Part shown: positions 24,833 through 33,595 of the stretch, one piece after another
Numbering within the stretch: position 1 is the first letter of the stretch
Layout of the letters: every line of letters starts with the position of its first letter
Virus record (IMG/VR): IMGVR_UViG_3300028840_008158
DNA: 64,000 bases
Strand: one strand, 5' to 3'
Source: an uncultured virus (IMG/VR IMGVR_UViG_3300028840_008158)
Lineage: Duplodnaviria > Heunggongvirae > Uroviricota > Caudoviricetes
The notes under the pieces: model-generated
Databases searched by the model: none
What the model was told of the DNA's origin: nothing
The model's input: only the letters and a program-made list of their open reading frames with translations
Made by a program: the position numbers and the translations under genes

Positions 24833-25638
24833 GACGACGGGTTCCTCTCCGCGGAGGATTCCTCGACGACGTCCTTGAACTCGGACAGCTCGAACTCAGA
24901 CTCGACGCCCATGATCAGGCAGTCGACGCAGCCGGCCGACAGGGCGAAGCGGACCGACTCGGAGCGACGTCGCTTGTCGAACGCCCCTCCCCCGTTGAGC
25001 TTCATCGCCATGACGCCCTTGCCGTTCTCCTTGGCCCTCGCCAGGAGGGGCATGACTTTCTCGGGCTCCGCGTCCATCCTGACCCCGTAGGGGTTTAGCC
25101 GCGCGTGGACGACGTCGACCCAGTCGCTTTCCACGGCCGTCTCGAGGGCCCCCAGGGAGTGGCAGGAGACGCCGTGGGCGCCGATGACGCCCTCGTCCTT
25201 CATCCGGGACAGGTCGTCCATGTATTTGCGGTACTTGGATGGCCATTTCGGGTCGACCATGCAATGAATCTGGACCAGGTCGACGCGGTCGACGCCGATC
25301 TCCCCAAGGAACCTGTCCATGAGTTTCTTGGCGGGCGGCCTGTCCGTCTCCGGGAGGTTCCCCGGCCTGACCCATATCTTCGTGCAGAGCCGGTAGGAAT
25401 CCCTGGGCTTGCCCTTGAGCGCCCTCCCGACGGCGGCGTGCGTCCCGTACATGTCGGCCATGTCGAAGAAGCGAACGCCCTCGTCGTAGGCGCGCCCGAC
25501 GACGTCCTCGAGCCCTTTTCCGAGGCGGGACTGGTTCCCTCGCCTCATGGAGGCGTCGGACCCGGTGCCCATGACGAGCCTGGAGGTCCTGAGGGGACCC
25601 AGGTCGACCTTTCTCGCGGCCGTCTTGTACCATTCCAT
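24829..25638 (-). CDS. aldo/keto reductase with MEWYKTA N-terminus
   Basis: FFDMADMYG, LCTKI, DLVQIHC, IGAHGVSCH, AMK. Confidence 0.9.
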   Translation of the reverse strand: MEWYKTAARKVDLGPLRTSRLVMGTGSDASMRRGNQSRLGKGLEDVVGRAYDEGVRFFDMADMYGTHAAVGRALKGKPRDSYRLCTKIWVRPGNLPETDRPPAKKLMDRFLGEIGVDRVDLVQIHCMVDPKWPSKYRKYMDDLSRMKDEGVIGAHGVSCHSLGALETAVESDWVDVVHARLNPYGVRMDAEPEKVMPLLARAKENGKGVMAMKLNGGGAFDKRRRSESVRFALSAGCVDCLIMGVESEFELSEFKDVVEESSAERNPSS

Positions 25639-25641
25639 CGG

Positions 25642-26172
25642 CTAGTCCCCCGGCCTCACGAGGCTCCTGAGGTAGAGCCTCCTCTGGGCGGTGTCCTCGG
25701 GTTCCAGCGTGTGGAACGCGTCGCGAAGGTTTTTCGTGGCCTCGTCGGGCGTCGCGCCCAGCCCCCCGATGACCATGTGGCCCGTCCAGTGGGCGTCATG
25801 GTAGCTGGAGTCCCACCCGTCGTGGAAGAACATCCTGGACTCGTCGAAAACATCGAAATCCACCTTCTCGGAGGCGTTCCCGATGGCGTAGGCGATGTAT
25901 CCGTCGTAGTTCCAGAGCTTCCTCCTATCTTCCGGCCCGATCCATTGGTGCTTGGAGGCGAAGTCCCTGGTTTCCACGACCCCGGAATCCGACGGCGTGA
26001 ACGGTGCCTCGTCGTAGATGGCGAACCCATGTGGCCGGTGGTCGTCGCGGTCATACCCCTCCCGCATCTTTAGCGGCGTGTATCCGGGGAGCTTGTCCAC
26101 GTCGTAGATCTCGACGACCTCGTCGTCGTCCTCTTCGTCAGACGCCAGCCTGTATCGCCGGTACCAACGCAC
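25642..26172 (-). CDS. hypothetical protein with MRWYRR N-terminus
   Basis: GTG start right after the upstream stop. Confidence 0.7.
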   Translation of the reverse strand: MRWYRRYRLASDEEDDDEVVEIYDVDKLPGYTPLKMREGYDRDDHRPHGFAIYDEAPFTPSDSGVVETRDFASKHQWIGPEDRRKLWNYDGYIAYAIGNASEKVDFDVFDESRMFFHDGWDSSYHDAHWTGHMVIGGLGATPDEATKNLRDAFHTLEPEDTAQRRLYLRSLVRPGD

Positions 26173-26173
26173 G

Positions 26174-26500
26174 CTAGTCTCCTGGCCTTAGGCTCAGTTT
26201 TGCCATCTCGTAGTCGGATTGGATGTCGTCGAGCTCCTCTTGCATCATCTCGCTTAACACGTGTTCCGTGGCCTCCTCGGGCGTTATCTTTTCTCCTTCT
26301 TCGGCGCATTCCATGATGTATTTCTCAATCCGCGGCCGCGCCATCGCGAGGGCCTTCGGGCCGGGCTTCTTCCACCATTGCATGACCTCCAGGCTGTTGG
26401 CGTGGAATTGCGTTTCCAGGTTCGCGAGCTCCTCCTGGCGCTCCGTTTCGCTCATGGCGTCGATTTTCCCCACGAGGCGAGACTTCTTGTACCACCTCAT
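26174..26500 (-). CDS. hypothetical protein with MRWYKK N-terminus
   Basis: AGGGG RBS; helical acidic ORF. Confidence 0.7.
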   Translation of the reverse strand: MRWYKKSRLVGKIDAMSETERQEELANLETQFHANSLEVMQWWKKPGPKALAMARPRIEKYIMECAEEGEKITPEEATEHVLSEMMQEELDDIQSDYEMAKLSLRPGD

Positions 26501-26545
26501 TTGGTTTCCCCTATTTGGTTTTCCTACGCCACGCGGAGGTTTTCC

Positions 26546-28159
26546 TCATATCTGGCTCTCCCTCAGGAGCTCCTCGGTGATCTTCTGGGCCGTCATCTCC
26601 TTGTCGTGACGGAAGCGCAGCATCTCCTCGATCGTCGCCGGCAAAGCCCTGACGCGCTTGAGGTTATAGGGCCTCTTCTTGGGCGTCTCGTCCTTGTGTT
26701 GGGCCCTGTTGAGGGTTTCCTGTAGCCCGAGGTGCCACCAGTCGTTGATGCCGAGCTCCGGACCGAAATCCGCGACCTTGGCGGCCGTCGCGATCCGGGG
26801 GGCGCCCATGATCTCCCTGATCTCCGCTCGCCTAACGAGGTCTGCGCCGGTCATCAGGTCGAGGACGGACCGGTTGTCGAGCCCCATCTCGCTCAGGTAA
26901 TCGACGCGCGCCCGGATGGCCTCTCGGAGCGGCCCCCGCGCCAGCCTGGTGAACTGCTCCTCGTCCAGCTTGGACAACGGGTCGTGCGACGGGCAAAGGG
27001 CGTCCAGGATGGCCCTGAGCTTCTTCCCCTTGCTCCTTATCCTCGAGTCGACGAGCAGGAAGGGATAACGGACGTCTATTCCGTTGACCGCCCTGTATCG
27101 CTTGGACGTCGGGGCGCGGTTATCCTCCTCCTCGGGCGACGGGATGACCGTCGCGTCCCCGACCACGTCGACGGGGGCTTCCACGACGCGGATGTCCTGC
27201 CCGATCCACTTGGCCTCGTCCAGGACGTCCCTCGCGATGACGTACGAAGACAACCTCGTGACGAAGGGCTTGCTGAGGGCCGGGTCGAACGTCAGGACCA
27301 TCTCCTGGGGGGACAACTTCGAGGACTTGGCGACCCTCTCGATCAACCCCCTCAGGAGCTCCTCGTCGGCATGGGCGGGGAGCATGTTGAGGAGCGCGAC
27401 GTTCCTCGAGTCCGGCTCGTGGACGAAGATCACGTAGGGGGCGTCCCCGACGGACTTCTCGATCTCCTCTTGCCCGGTCGGGGCGCCCCCTTCGTCCATG
27501 GGCATCCGGAATAGCCGGACGCCGTCGGACGATTTCACGGCGAAGAAGGCTTCTTGTAACGTCTTCCCCCTCCACCTGTCGTAGCGGGGGCCGAAGCGCT
27601 CCCATTCGGCCGGGAAGGCCGTCATGATCTCCCTGAGGTTGCGCAGGTAGTAGCGGAAAAGGGCGTCCGACATGGCGTTGAAGGACTGGTCGCCGCCGGG
27701 GCAGAGGAAGGCGTTTCGATTGGCGAGGATGACGGGGTCGTCGCCGGGGATGAAGGCCATGTCAGGCTTGGACGGGTCGCAATGCTCGACGACGGAGACG
27801 TCCACGGGGACGGAGTTGAACTCCTCCCCCATGAACCTGACGAGTCGGGACCACGACGGGTACCGACTGAGCCGGCGACGGACGTTCATCCCCTCCGGGT
27901 CGCCGTACGAGCGATCAAGGAACCTCAGGTCGTGCCTCTGGTCGATCCCAAGGAGGGCTTTGTTGAGGAGCTCCCACGCCTCCTTGGCCCCTTCTCCCAG
28001 CGCCTTGCGGGCGGACTCGTCCTGTATCCAGATCCTCCTGGCGTCGTCGTCGAGGACGACGCGGAGGGCCGACGGGCCGTGGGGGAGGCCGTCCAGGGGG
28101 AGCATCTCGGGGTTCTCGAACGCGCTCCCGTCGGGGGTGAAGACGTAATGGATTCTCAT
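26546..28159 (-). CDS. hypothetical protein
   Basis: MRIHYVF..., AAGGA RBS, 537 aa. Confidence 0.75.
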   Translation of the reverse strand: MRIHYVFTPDGSAFENPEMLPLDGLPHGPSALRVVLDDDARRIWIQDESARKALGEGAKEAWELLNKALLGIDQRHDLRFLDRSYGDPEGMNVRRRLSRYPSWSRLVRFMGEEFNSVPVDVSVVEHCDPSKPDMAFIPGDDPVILANRNAFLCPGGDQSFNAMSDALFRYYLRNLREIMTAFPAEWERFGPRYDRWRGKTLQEAFFAVKSSDGVRLFRMPMDEGGAPTGQEEIEKSVGDAPYVIFVHEPDSRNVALLNMLPAHADEELLRGLIERVAKSSKLSPQEMVLTFDPALSKPFVTRLSSYVIARDVLDEAKWIGQDIRVVEAPVDVVGDATVIPSPEEEDNRAPTSKRYRAVNGIDVRYPFLLVDSRIRSKGKKLRAILDALCPSHDPLSKLDEEQFTRLARGPLREAIRARVDYLSEMGLDNRSVLDLMTGADLVRRAEIREIMGAPRIATAAKVADFGPELGINDWWHLGLQETLNRAQHKDETPKKRPYNLKRVRALPATIEEMLRFRHDKEMTAQKITEELLRESQI

Positions 28160-28246
28160 GGTCGTCCTTTTCCGCCGTATATGTCGCATGGAGGTCATCG
28201 CTCGTGCGGTGATACCATGGACGGCCCCACATACGTATTCGGTAGG

Positions 28247-28510
28247 CTAGGAGGGTTGTCCTGTTTGGCGGCGGGGCTTCTTCTCGCGGCGAAGCTGCCG
28301 TACGATGATAAGGTGCGAGGCGCGCCAGTCTCCCGTGTTTGGAGGACGACGACGAACTCTCTCTATTCTAATGGAATGCCACCCCGAGTCTCTAAAAATC
28401 GTGTTGCGTATGAATTGAGAGGCAAAATGGGAGCCGATCAGGTCGAACGTCTCGATTCCGAGCTCCAAACGAACCTTCTTCGTGATTTCGTGCTCGATGA
28501 TTTTCCTCAC
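28247..28510 (-). CDS. small basic hypothetical protein
   Basis: GTG start; visibly more AT-rich than its flanks. Confidence 0.35.
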   Translation of the reverse strand: MRKIIEHEITKKVRLELGIETFDLIGSHFASQFIRNTIFRDSGWHSIRIERVRRRPPNTGDWRASHLIIVRQLRREKKPRRQTGQPS

Positions 28511-28533
28511 GGGCAGTCCCAGCCGCGTTTTGC

Positions 28534-29433
28534 CTATTTCGTGAACCCGAACTTGTCCTTGAGGTATTGCTCCTTGGCCGTCAAGTCGAACTCGTCGACG
28601 ATCCAGGCGACGTCGTCTTGAACGCCGATCACCAGGGGGTCCGGGTTTGGGACGGGCAACGCCTTGCGATCCGCTTGCCAGGTAGCGTCGAAGAGCAGGA
28701 ACATGTGGCGGAACCGGTGCTTGTTCTTGAGTATCATCTCTCGCGTTCGTTGCGGGACGACCCCCGGCGGGGTTGCCGTCAGCGTGACGGACTCGCCCCC
28801 TCCCCATTCGACGCTCTTGTAGACGCCTAGGGCCCCCGGAAGGACCGTCAGGATGAGCCCCATGAAGCACCACGCCGACAAGACGAAGCCCAGGACGATG
28901 ACGCCGATGGAGGCGAGGATGGCCATGAGGGTCACGATCCCCCATGTTTTTTCCTTCTTCCGTCGATACGAGACGACGCCCTCCTCGATGTCCTTGTAGA
29001 CGTCCTGCGGCCAGCATTTGATCGCGTTGAACTTCTCCTCGTTGAGGCTTAACTGCGTGCTGTGGTCGACGGCCTCGACGGTTTTCCACTCGTCGTAGCC
29101 GGTACGCTGGCGAACCCGTCCGTCCTCGACGGTGATGACGGCCTCCTTGTCCCGAAAGACGTCGATCAAGCCCATCCTGGGAACGGAAAAGGGGATTTCT
29201 CGCTGCGTCTTCCTCATCCTCAACGCGGCTTCCATGTCGATCCTCTCGAATTCCGCGTCGAGCTCCTTGTTTCCCTTGCGGGTCACCACCTCGATCTGCT
29301 TCATGAGGGGATCTAGGCCCGGGCGCTCGAAGGGGAAGCTTTCCTCCTTCAACGTCCGCAGCATGACGTCCTTTTCCTCCTCGTATCTCAGGGTCCGGAT
29401 CACGTCGCGAAGCCTGCTTTTTTGCCCGCTCAT
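28534..29433 (-). CDS. hypothetical membrane protein (2 TM)
   Basis: MSGQKSR...; hydrophobic hairpin; C-terminal PDPLVIG...VDEFDLT..E. Confidence 0.75.
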   Translation of the reverse strand: MSGQKSRLRDVIRTLRYEEEKDVMLRTLKEESFPFERPGLDPLMKQIEVVTRKGNKELDAEFERIDMEAALRMRKTQREIPFSVPRMGLIDVFRDKEAVITVEDGRVRQRTGYDEWKTVEAVDHSTQLSLNEEKFNAIKCWPQDVYKDIEEGVVSYRRKKEKTWGIVTLMAILASIGVIVLGFVLSAWCFMGLILTVLPGALGVYKSVEWGGGESVTLTATPPGVVPQRTREMILKNKHRFRHMFLLFDATWQADRKALPVPNPDPLVIGVQDDVAWIVDEFDLTAKEQYLKDKFGFTK

Positions 29434-29444
29434 GGCGCTCTCCT

Positions 29445-29669
29445 TCAGATTACGCGCGAAAACTTGATGAGTTGCCTTACTTCCTCGCGCCTGCCCGTCC
29501 CCACGTTGTTCTGCCCGTCGAACACCTCGATGTATACCCGGATGGTCGTCGAGGGCCATTTTGCCTTTATGGCCTTGAGGATTTCGACGGACTCCCTCTC
29601 CATCCAGCAGTACATCTTCTCGTTCGGCCTCTCGTGGCCCCAGGGGGTTCCGGGTCGTCGAGGACTCAT
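29445..29669 (-). CDS. hypothetical protein
   Basis: tight operon packing. Confidence 0.55.
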   Translation of the reverse strand: MSPRRPGTPWGHERPNEKMYCWMERESVEILKAIKAKWPSTTIRVYIEVFDGQNNVGTGRREEVRQLIKFSRVI

Positions 29670-29670
29670 G

Positions 29671-30087
29671 TTACGTGACGCCGTACTTGAGGAAGTAATT
29701 CATCTTCACGACGGCGTCGGAGGTCATGTCGTATCGTTCCCAGACGTTCTTGGACGAGCAAGGCAACAGGGACGGTGACCAGTCCCCGTTCTCGAACTCG
29801 AAACACAGGTCGCAGGCCGTTCTGCCCCCTCCGGGGTCGTCCGTCTTGCCCTTGAAGACCACCGGTCGAGGGGCTTTCCTCGCGGCCATCGCCGGGGCGT
29901 TCTTCCAGAACACGTCCCAGAGGTCGAGGAACCGGTCTATCCCCTCGAAACGGAAATAGAGCTTCCCGTCGTGGACGTGAACCTCGTTCTTGTCGTGGTC
30001 CTTCTGGACCCTGAGGTTGCCAAGCTTGATCTTGTCCGACGGCGTCCCCGCCGATCGTTTCTCGACCTGCATCTCGTCCTTGCCCAT
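29671..30087 (-). CDS. hypothetical protein
   Basis: GGAGGA RBS. Confidence 0.7.
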   Translation of the reverse strand: MGKDEMQVEKRSAGTPSDKIKLGNLRVQKDHDKNEVHVHDGKLYFRFEGIDRFLDLWDVFWKNAPAMAARKAPRPVVFKGKTDDPGGGRTACDLCFEFENGDWSPSLLPCSSKNVWERYDMTSDAVVKMNYFLKYGVT

Positions 30088-30088
30088 T

Positions 30089-30433
30089 TTATCCTCCGTT
30101 CGCGGCCAGCCTCGACCAAGCCCTGGCGAAGAAGCCTTGATTGGCGTGTTCTATGGCCTTGAGCTGGCTCTTCTTCGAGTAGCAGCTCTTCGGGACCATG
30201 ATCTTCTCGGCCCCCTCCCGTCCTCCGCGCCTGATCCTCGCCCCCTCGCCGCCCTCGTAGATGCGGGCGTCGACGTCCGTCCTCATGGCCAGGTCGCCCT
30301 TCGTGACGGTTCGGGGATGCTCTCGCCCGCATTGCGGGCATACGAACAGGAAATCCCCGTCGATCTCCAGGTTCAGGTTGACCCTGAAGTAGCCGTCGCA
30401 GTCGTTGCAGTAGAACTCGATCAGCTCCCTCAT
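30089..30433 (-). CDS. zinc-ribbon protein
   Basis: CNDC...CPQCGREH; GAGGAGG RBS. Confidence 0.75.
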   Translation of the reverse strand: MRELIEFYCNDCDGYFRVNLNLEIDGDFLFVCPQCGREHPRTVTKGDLAMRTDVDARIYEGGEGARIRRGGREGAEKIMVPKSCYSKKSQLKAIEHANQGFFARAWSRLAANGG

Positions 30434-30443
30434 GCCATCCTCC

Positions 30444-31427
30444 TCAGGCCACGATCAGGTCGCCGGCGCGTATCTCCGTCGTCACGTTAACGCACAGGTC
30501 GCCCCCGGCGACGTAGAGGGCCCCGTCGCCCTCCCGCTCGGGCTTGACGACGTCCCTGACCTTGGGATCGACGTCCTTGACGTCGGCCACGTAGGAGCAC
30601 CTGTTGCCGATCGTCCGCATCCCGAACTCGTCGGCCTCGATCATGAGCTTCCTCATGATGACGTGGTCGGTCGGCGGCAGGCTGGCGTGGTTCTTGAAGA
30701 CGAGGCAGATCGACTCGACCTTCTTCATGCTCCCGTCCGTCTTCCTGGCGTAGACGTGTATCGTGTCCCCGTATACCTCGTAGCGGAGGCCCGTCTTGCC
30801 GACGACGGTCACGCAGCCGCGCCGCAGGTAGCGATGGAACTCGCGATCCCCGACCATCTCGCGCAGGAGGGCCCGGGCGCGGCCCTCCGGGGTGTCCTCG
30901 GATGCCCCGAGGAGGCTCCTTGACTTTCGCGTGATGATCATCTGGCTCCGGAGCCGCGCCCTGAACTCGTCGGCCTTGAGCTTCTTCAGTTCCTCTTGGG
31001 ATAGGGGTCCCGACGGAATGGCGTAAGACCCGGCGGGGTTGACCTCGTACGAGGATGAGCTGGTCGTGAGGTAGTTATCGATGGTATTGACGGCGAAGGA
31101 GGTCGAAGAGCCTGACCCGATCAAGGTGTCGGCCGCCGACACGAGCTTGACGTATTTCGTCTCGGTCGAGGTGGCGTCCGTGGTTTCCCCGGCCTCCCCG
31201 ATCAGGGCGTATGGCCGCATCCTGTTGTCCGTCAGGTTCCGGACGGCGGTATCGAGGCACCTCTCCTGCATGTTGCCGTGGAAATACCTGTCCTCAATGT
31301 TGCTGTACTGGATGGACTGGTATTTGCCCCCGATCGCGACCTTCATCGTCGTCGACGTCGCGTCGCTGCTTATCTTGATCGTGGCGACGTCGGCGGTCGT
31401 CGTCGCGCAGTTGGTGGCGAAAACCAT
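30444..31427 (-). CDS. hypothetical protein: Thr/Ser-rich N-half and Cys-containing alpha/beta C-terminal domain
   Basis: RARALL...VVGKTGLRYEV...ICLVF...LPPTDHVIMRKLMIEADE. Confidence 0.75.
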   Translation of the reverse strand: MVFATNCATTTADVATIKISSDATSTTMKVAIGGKYQSIQYSNIEDRYFHGNMQERCLDTAVRNLTDNRMRPYALIGEAGETTDATSTETKYVKLVSAADTLIGSGSSTSFAVNTIDNYLTTSSSSYEVNPAGSYAIPSGPLSQEELKKLKADEFRARLRSQMIITRKSRSLLGASEDTPEGRARALLREMVGDREFHRYLRRGCVTVVGKTGLRYEVYGDTIHVYARKTDGSMKKVESICLVFKNHASLPPTDHVIMRKLMIEADEFGMRTIGNRCSYVADVKDVDPKVRDVVKPEREGDGALYVAGGDLCVNVTTEIRAGDLIVA

Positions 31428-31429
31428 GC

Positions 31430-31684
31430 TTAGCCCCCCTGGACGGCGCCGACGAAGATGACCTCCTCGGCGTCGGGGTCGAACTCGGTGATGAGCTGGC
31501 CGCGTCCGCCCCCGCTGCCGGGCAGGTAGGCGGCGTAGCCCTGCTTGCGCATGTCGTAGAACTTCGCCCTGGCCTCGTGAACCTGGTCCAGGAAGCGCTT
31601 GTCCCAGGAGAATCGGTCGTCGCCGTTAAGGCTCAGGACCCGGAAGACGATCTGTTGGGGTTCTTTGGTCGCGGTCGCGCTCAT
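31430..31684 (-). CDS. 84-aa protein ending in Gly-Gly; ubiquitin-like beta-grasp candidate
   Basis: MSATATK...FDPDAEEVIFVGAVQGG; AAGGAGG RBS. Confidence 0.75.
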   Translation of the reverse strand: MSATATKEPQQIVFRVLSLNGDDRFSWDKRFLDQVHEARAKFYDMRKQGYAAYLPGSGGGRGQLITEFDPDAEEVIFVGAVQGG

Positions 31685-31685
31685 T

Positions 31686-31738
31686 GGCTGCCTCCTTTTT
31701 ACCCATGCGGATATAAGGAGGCAGCCGTCGGCTGTCAA
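31686..31738 (-). promoter_or_regulatory. sigma70 promoter with a 12-bp inverted repeat covering the RBS
   Basis: TTGACA (31733-31738), 17 bp spacer, TATATC; arms GGCTGCCTCCTT 31686-31697 and AAGGAGGCAGCC 31715-31726. Confidence 0.7.
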
Positions 31739-31742
31739 GTGT

Positions 31743-33041
31743 TTATCGCGGGCTTTCCATGTCGAGCTGGTACTTCCAGGTGACGCCGCGTTCCGGGTGG
31801 ACGCCCATGAACACCTGCGTCGGCCTCGACATCATGTGGAGCTTGTGGAGGGAGTAGATGTCGCCCCCGACGAACGACCCGTTGACGATGACCGACCCGC
31901 GGGCCGTCTCCACCTCGACGAAGGTATGGAAGTGCCCCAGCAGGAGGACGTCGAACGGATGCCCGTGGGCGGCCTGGACCATGGACTGCAACTTCTGCTC
32001 CTCCTGGCGCAGCGAGTTGACGTTCATGGACCTCACGGAGTCGCCGTGGATGGACATGAAGCGCGTCCCGTTGACGTCGACGAGCTTGTACCAGCTCTTG
32101 GAGAAGTCCACGGAGACGTTCTTTTGGTCCTTCATCTGTCCCTGGACGAGCCCGTAGACGGTGTTGTCGAAGTTGGCCGCGATCTTGTCCGAGTTCTTGC
32201 TGGCCCCGGCCCTCCCGTGGTTCCCCATGATCCCATGGAAGTGAACCTTCTCGAAGTGCTGGGCCCATGACGAGAGGAGCTCGGATATGGTCTTGGCCGC
32301 CTGCTCGGTCTGGGTGATGACGTCCATGGCGATGTACGCCGGCCCCCACTCCCCGCCCAGGTTGGTTCCCTGGACGATGTCGCCAAGCGCCATGACGTGG
32401 AGCTCGGGGATTGGGTACATCTTGGAGTGGAGGTTGCAGGCGATCTCGACGACGCCCTTCCGCAGGTTGTCGGCCCGCTTGATGAACGTTTCGGTCCCGT
32501 ACTCGTTGATGCCGCCCGTCTCCTCCCGGGAGAACGCCTGGCCGACGTGGGAATCGGACAGGACCAGGACGGCGTGTTCTGGGGTCGCGTCCGGCTTGGA
32601 CTTCCGGAACGGGGGGAGCTCGACCATCGGCCGCGTCTTGACGGTCCTGACCATCATGTCCTGGATGTGCCGCGCCCAGGACATGCTGCTCAGCTTCTTC
32701 CGATGATCGCGGCGGAGCTGGCGCTCCACCATCTTCATGCGCGTCTCGTTGACGGCGTCCTCCATGGACTCCCCCTCGTCCTGCGAGCACATCTTCTCGA
32801 GGGACTTCCTGAAGGCTCCCCAGTCCACCGACGAGACCTTCCTGGTCACCGTGCTTCTCTCGACGCCGAGGACCTGGGACATCCTCTCCTGCGTCGGGCG
32901 CGTGGCGTCGTTCATCATCGCGTACAGGGCGACCAGCTTGTTGGGGGTCCACGTCTGCGTCACCCCCGGCAGGTCGTCGAACAGGAACGGATTGTCCACG
33001 AACCTCTTCTGGAACGTCCTGATGACCTCGTTGGTATTCAC
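31743..33041 (-). CDS. calcineurin-like metallophosphoesterase with N-terminal HTH
   Basis: SDSH, GD, GNHG, HGD, GHFH motifs; TQERMSQVLGVERSTVTRK. Confidence 0.88.
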   Translation of the reverse strand: MNTNEVIRTFQKRFVDNPFLFDDLPGVTQTWTPNKLVALYAMMNDATRPTQERMSQVLGVERSTVTRKVSSVDWGAFRKSLEKMCSQDEGESMEDAVNETRMKMVERQLRRDHRKKLSSMSWARHIQDMMVRTVKTRPMVELPPFRKSKPDATPEHAVLVLSDSHVGQAFSREETGGINEYGTETFIKRADNLRKGVVEIACNLHSKMYPIPELHVMALGDIVQGTNLGGEWGPAYIAMDVITQTEQAAKTISELLSSWAQHFEKVHFHGIMGNHGRAGASKNSDKIAANFDNTVYGLVQGQMKDQKNVSVDFSKSWYKLVDVNGTRFMSIHGDSVRSMNVNSLRQEEQKLQSMVQAAHGHPFDVLLLGHFHTFVEVETARGSVIVNGSFVGGDIYSLHKLHMMSRPTQVFMGVHPERGVTWKYQLDMESPR

Positions 33042-33072
33042 GCGGTTCCTTTCCGCGCCCTTCGGCGCTTCC

Positions 33073-33576
33073 TTATGCCTTGCTACCGCACGAGCAGCGT
33101 CGCTCGAGTTCCCTGGTCCTGTTGATCATGCGCCTAGCCAGGAAGGCGACGTCGCGATCCTTCGCGTTCAGCGCGTCGTTGTTGAGGTCCATGACGGCCT
33201 GGTTCTTCGTAACCGCGATCTCCCCGTTGATCTCGGAGATGCGCTCGTCGATCTCCCTGACGCGTTGCGGGCATTCGAACTTGACGTTGAGCCTCATGAT
33301 GAGCTTTCCGGAGCCCGATCCTTCCAGGGAGTCCTCGTGGATGTCGAACTTCTCGATCTGGTCCTCGGTCATGCTCGCCACGCGCTCGAAGGCCGCGCTG
33401 ACGAGGAGCTTGTCCTTCTCGTCCTCGAGGGTTCCCTTCTTGTCGAAGAGCTCCCCTAGCTTGATCTCGGCGTCCCGGCGACATTCCTCGCGTTCCTGCG
33501 CGAGTTTGTCGGCGACTACCTCGCACATCTCGTCCAGGGACAGTCCTTTGAAGCGCTCCTTGCTTTCCATTTTCAT
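33073..33576 (-). CDS. coiled-coil hypothetical protein
   Basis: AAGGAG RBS; Glu/Lys-rich. Confidence 0.7.
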   Translation of the reverse strand: MKMESKERFKGLSLDEMCEVVADKLAQEREECRRDAEIKLGELFDKKGTLEDEKDKLLVSAAFERVASMTEDQIEKFDIHEDSLEGSGSGKLIMRLNVKFECPQRVREIDERISEINGEIAVTKNQAVMDLNNDALNAKDRDVAFLARRMINRTRELERRCSCGSKA

Positions 33577-33595
33577 TTCTCCTTTTTCCCTCTGA

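Noticed and set aside
25642..26190. Identical C-terminal RPGD in two adjacent proteins
   Set aside because: The GGAGA/GGGGA codons sit where the SD of the next coupled gene is needed, so this is probably a reused junction rather than a protein motif.
30089..30100. Second Gly-Gly C-terminus (zinc-ribbon protein, ...ANGG) as another ubiquitin-like protein
   Set aside because: It is encoded by GGAGGA, the SD of the next gene, and the protein lacks a beta-grasp pattern.
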